DNA of 63,095 nucleotides, the filler included. It is 8 parts of 8 records of this genome, joined end to end, with 100 filler letters (N's around TTAATTAATTAA, not from the genome) between each part and the next. Parts side by side here need not be neighbours in the genome. Positions count along the whole stretch, not along the records: positions 53,285 to 63,095 come from SRR31147125_16651; 7 more parts are not named here. One strand, 5' to 3'. The notes below the pieces were generated by a model. It did no database searches and was not told where the DNA came from. It worked only from the letters and a program-made list of their open reading frames with translations. Both the position numbers and the translations under genes were made by a program. How positions within the stretch are numbered: position 1 is the first letter of the stretch; each line of letters starts with the position of its first letter. Shown here one piece after another: positions 61,772 through 63,095 of the stretch.

Positions 61772-63095
61772 ATGTACAATAGAAAAAGTATCATCCTCGT
61801 AATTTTTAATGCAATTCTTATTACCGTACTATTTCATAAAAAACCTCTGGGATTAAACCTGGTTATTTTTGAATGGGTATTTCTTTCATCTTTAATCGTA
61901 CTAAAACAAGTTAAGTTTAAAAGTATCAATAGTGTAACTATATTTATTGGGTTTATAATTACATCATTATTTACCGTTATTACACATAGCATATTTTCTT
62001 ATGTAATCCATTTTCTTGTATTTTTTATTTTGGTAGGCATGCTCATCTATCCGCAGTGCAAATCTATTTTGAATGCAATGGGATTAACTGTTTTAAATAT
62101 ATTTGATTCACAAAGTAAATTTGTTCAGTTATTATCTCGTTCAGAATTTAAAGGAAAGAAGCTGGGTAGTTATATTTGGCGATTCCGCATTTTTATTGTT
62201 CCGTTGTTTGTAATATTTGTGTTTGTTTTTATTTACAGAAGATCCAATCCTGTTTTTGATGACTTGGTCATAAACATAGGTTCATTTTTCGGAAAATACC
62301 TTAACCTGGTTTTCCACGATTTTGATTTTCCGATTCTTATAACATTTACAGTGGGATTGATCTTTAGTAACTTTTTGTATTTGCGGGTTGCCAATAAAAA
62401 CACGATTAAAAGCGATGTACAATCTACAGATTTCCTGGAACGAATTAAGCACAAAAGTGCAAGAACGTTTAAAATTACAGCACTTAAGAACGAGTATAAA
62501 GCCGGTATTTTTCTGATAATTGTATTAAACCTTTTAATCCTGATTATTAATGTAATTGATATAAACTGGGTGTGGTTTAATTTTGAATGGGAAGGCCAGT
62601 ACTTAAAACAATTTGTACACGAAGGCACCTATTTATTAATTCTTTCTATTCTTATATCTATTGCCCTTGTGTTGTACTATTTCAGAGGAAATCTAAATTT
62701 TTATAAGAATAACAAAACATTAAAACTATTAAGTTATACATGGCTGGCACAAAACGCCATTCTTACTGTTTCTGTTGGAATACGTAATTTATTGTATATC
62801 CAGCATTTTTCACTGGCTTATAAAAGGATTGGGGTAATTATTTTCCTTATTCTTACCATCTATGGTTTAATTACGGTTCTTATAAAAGTGAAATCAAAAA
62901 AATCCAGATTTTATCTGTTTCGCTCCAATGCGTATGCCATGGTTCTTGTTCTTATGCTAAGCTCGTTGGTAAACTGGGACAGTTATATTGCAAAATATAA
63001 TTTTAAGAACTACAAAAAATCGTTTCTGCACCTAGACTTCATGGCAACGCTTTCTAATAAGTCTTTACCATATTTAGATAAGTCCCTAGCTGAAC
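61772..63095 (+). CDS. DUF4153/DUF4173 family polytopic membrane protein (runs off window end)
   Basis: Manual translation MYNRKSIILVIFN...PLGLN...YRRSNPVF...QFVHEGTYLLILSILIS...SLAYKRIGV...VNWDSYIAKYN. Absent from the ORF track because it has no stop. Confidence 0.78.
   Translation, partial: MYNRKSIILVIFNAILITVLFHKKPLGLNLVIFEWVFLSSLIVLKQVKFKSINSVTIFIGFIITSLFTVITHSIFSYVIHFLVFFILVGMLIYPQCKSILNAMGLTVLNIFDSQSKFVQLLSRSEFKGKKLGSYIWRFRIFIVPLFVIFVFVFIYRRSNPVFDDLVINIGSFFGKYLNLVFHDFDFPILITFTVGLIFSNFLYLRVANKNTIKSDVQSTDFLERIKHKSARTFKITALKNEYKAGIFLIIVLNLLILIINVIDINWVWFNFEWEGQYLKQFVHEGTYLLILSILISIALVLYYFRGNLNFYKNNKTLKLLSYTWLAQNAILTVSVGIRNLLYIQHFSLAYKRIGVIIFLILTIYGLITVLIKVKSKKSRFYLFRSNAYAMVLVLMLSSLVNWDSYIAKYNFKNYKKSFLHLDFMATLSNKSLPYLDKSLAE

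Overview
This window is not one chromosome segment. It is eight unrelated contigs joined by identical 100-nt artificial spacers (N44-TTAATTAATTAA-N44): 1-6006, 6107-11923, 12024-19735, 19836-28834, 28935-36051, 36152-41203, 41304-53184 and 53285-63095. Contig 1 (Bacteroidota-like) has a lipoprotein serpin and a Cys-loop lipoprotein divergent from an ECF sigma/anti-sigma pair, then a second ECF and partial folE. Contig 2 has a GH63-like glycosidase lipoprotein, an MNT-HEPN toxin-antitoxin pair and ribBA. Contig 3 has two cold-shock proteins, lptD, rarA and TetR-TolC. Contig 4 (Clostridia-like) has an ICMT-family methyltransferase, a GH3 acyl-acid amido synthetase and a 7TM sensor in one operon, plus a hybrid kinase and a REC-PAS-GGDEF-HD-GYP protein. 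Contig 5 has a MacAB-like ABC system, an MCP and an FGGY kinase. Contig 6 has cysD, cysN, an IlvD/Edd dehydratase and a decayed PTS EIIA. Contig 7 (Bacteroidota-like) has a tungsten-type aldehyde oxidoreductase with a pterin-cofactor gene cluster, followed by a lipoprotein and a TonB-dependent receptor. Contig 8 has partial rapA, a broken RelE/ParE module, a DUF922 peptidase fused to long repeats, and envelope proteins. Eight genes are split by single-base homopolymer indels (nine sites), probably sequencing errors. No rRNA, tRNA, CRISPR array or intact transposase was recognised. The best candidates for undescribed biology are the methyltransferase-GH3-7TM-sensor operon (possible signal synthesis plus sensing), the Bacteroidota AOR/cofactor island, and the ECF-linked protease-inhibitor locus. 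Family and taxon calls come from motif recognition by eye, not database searches.
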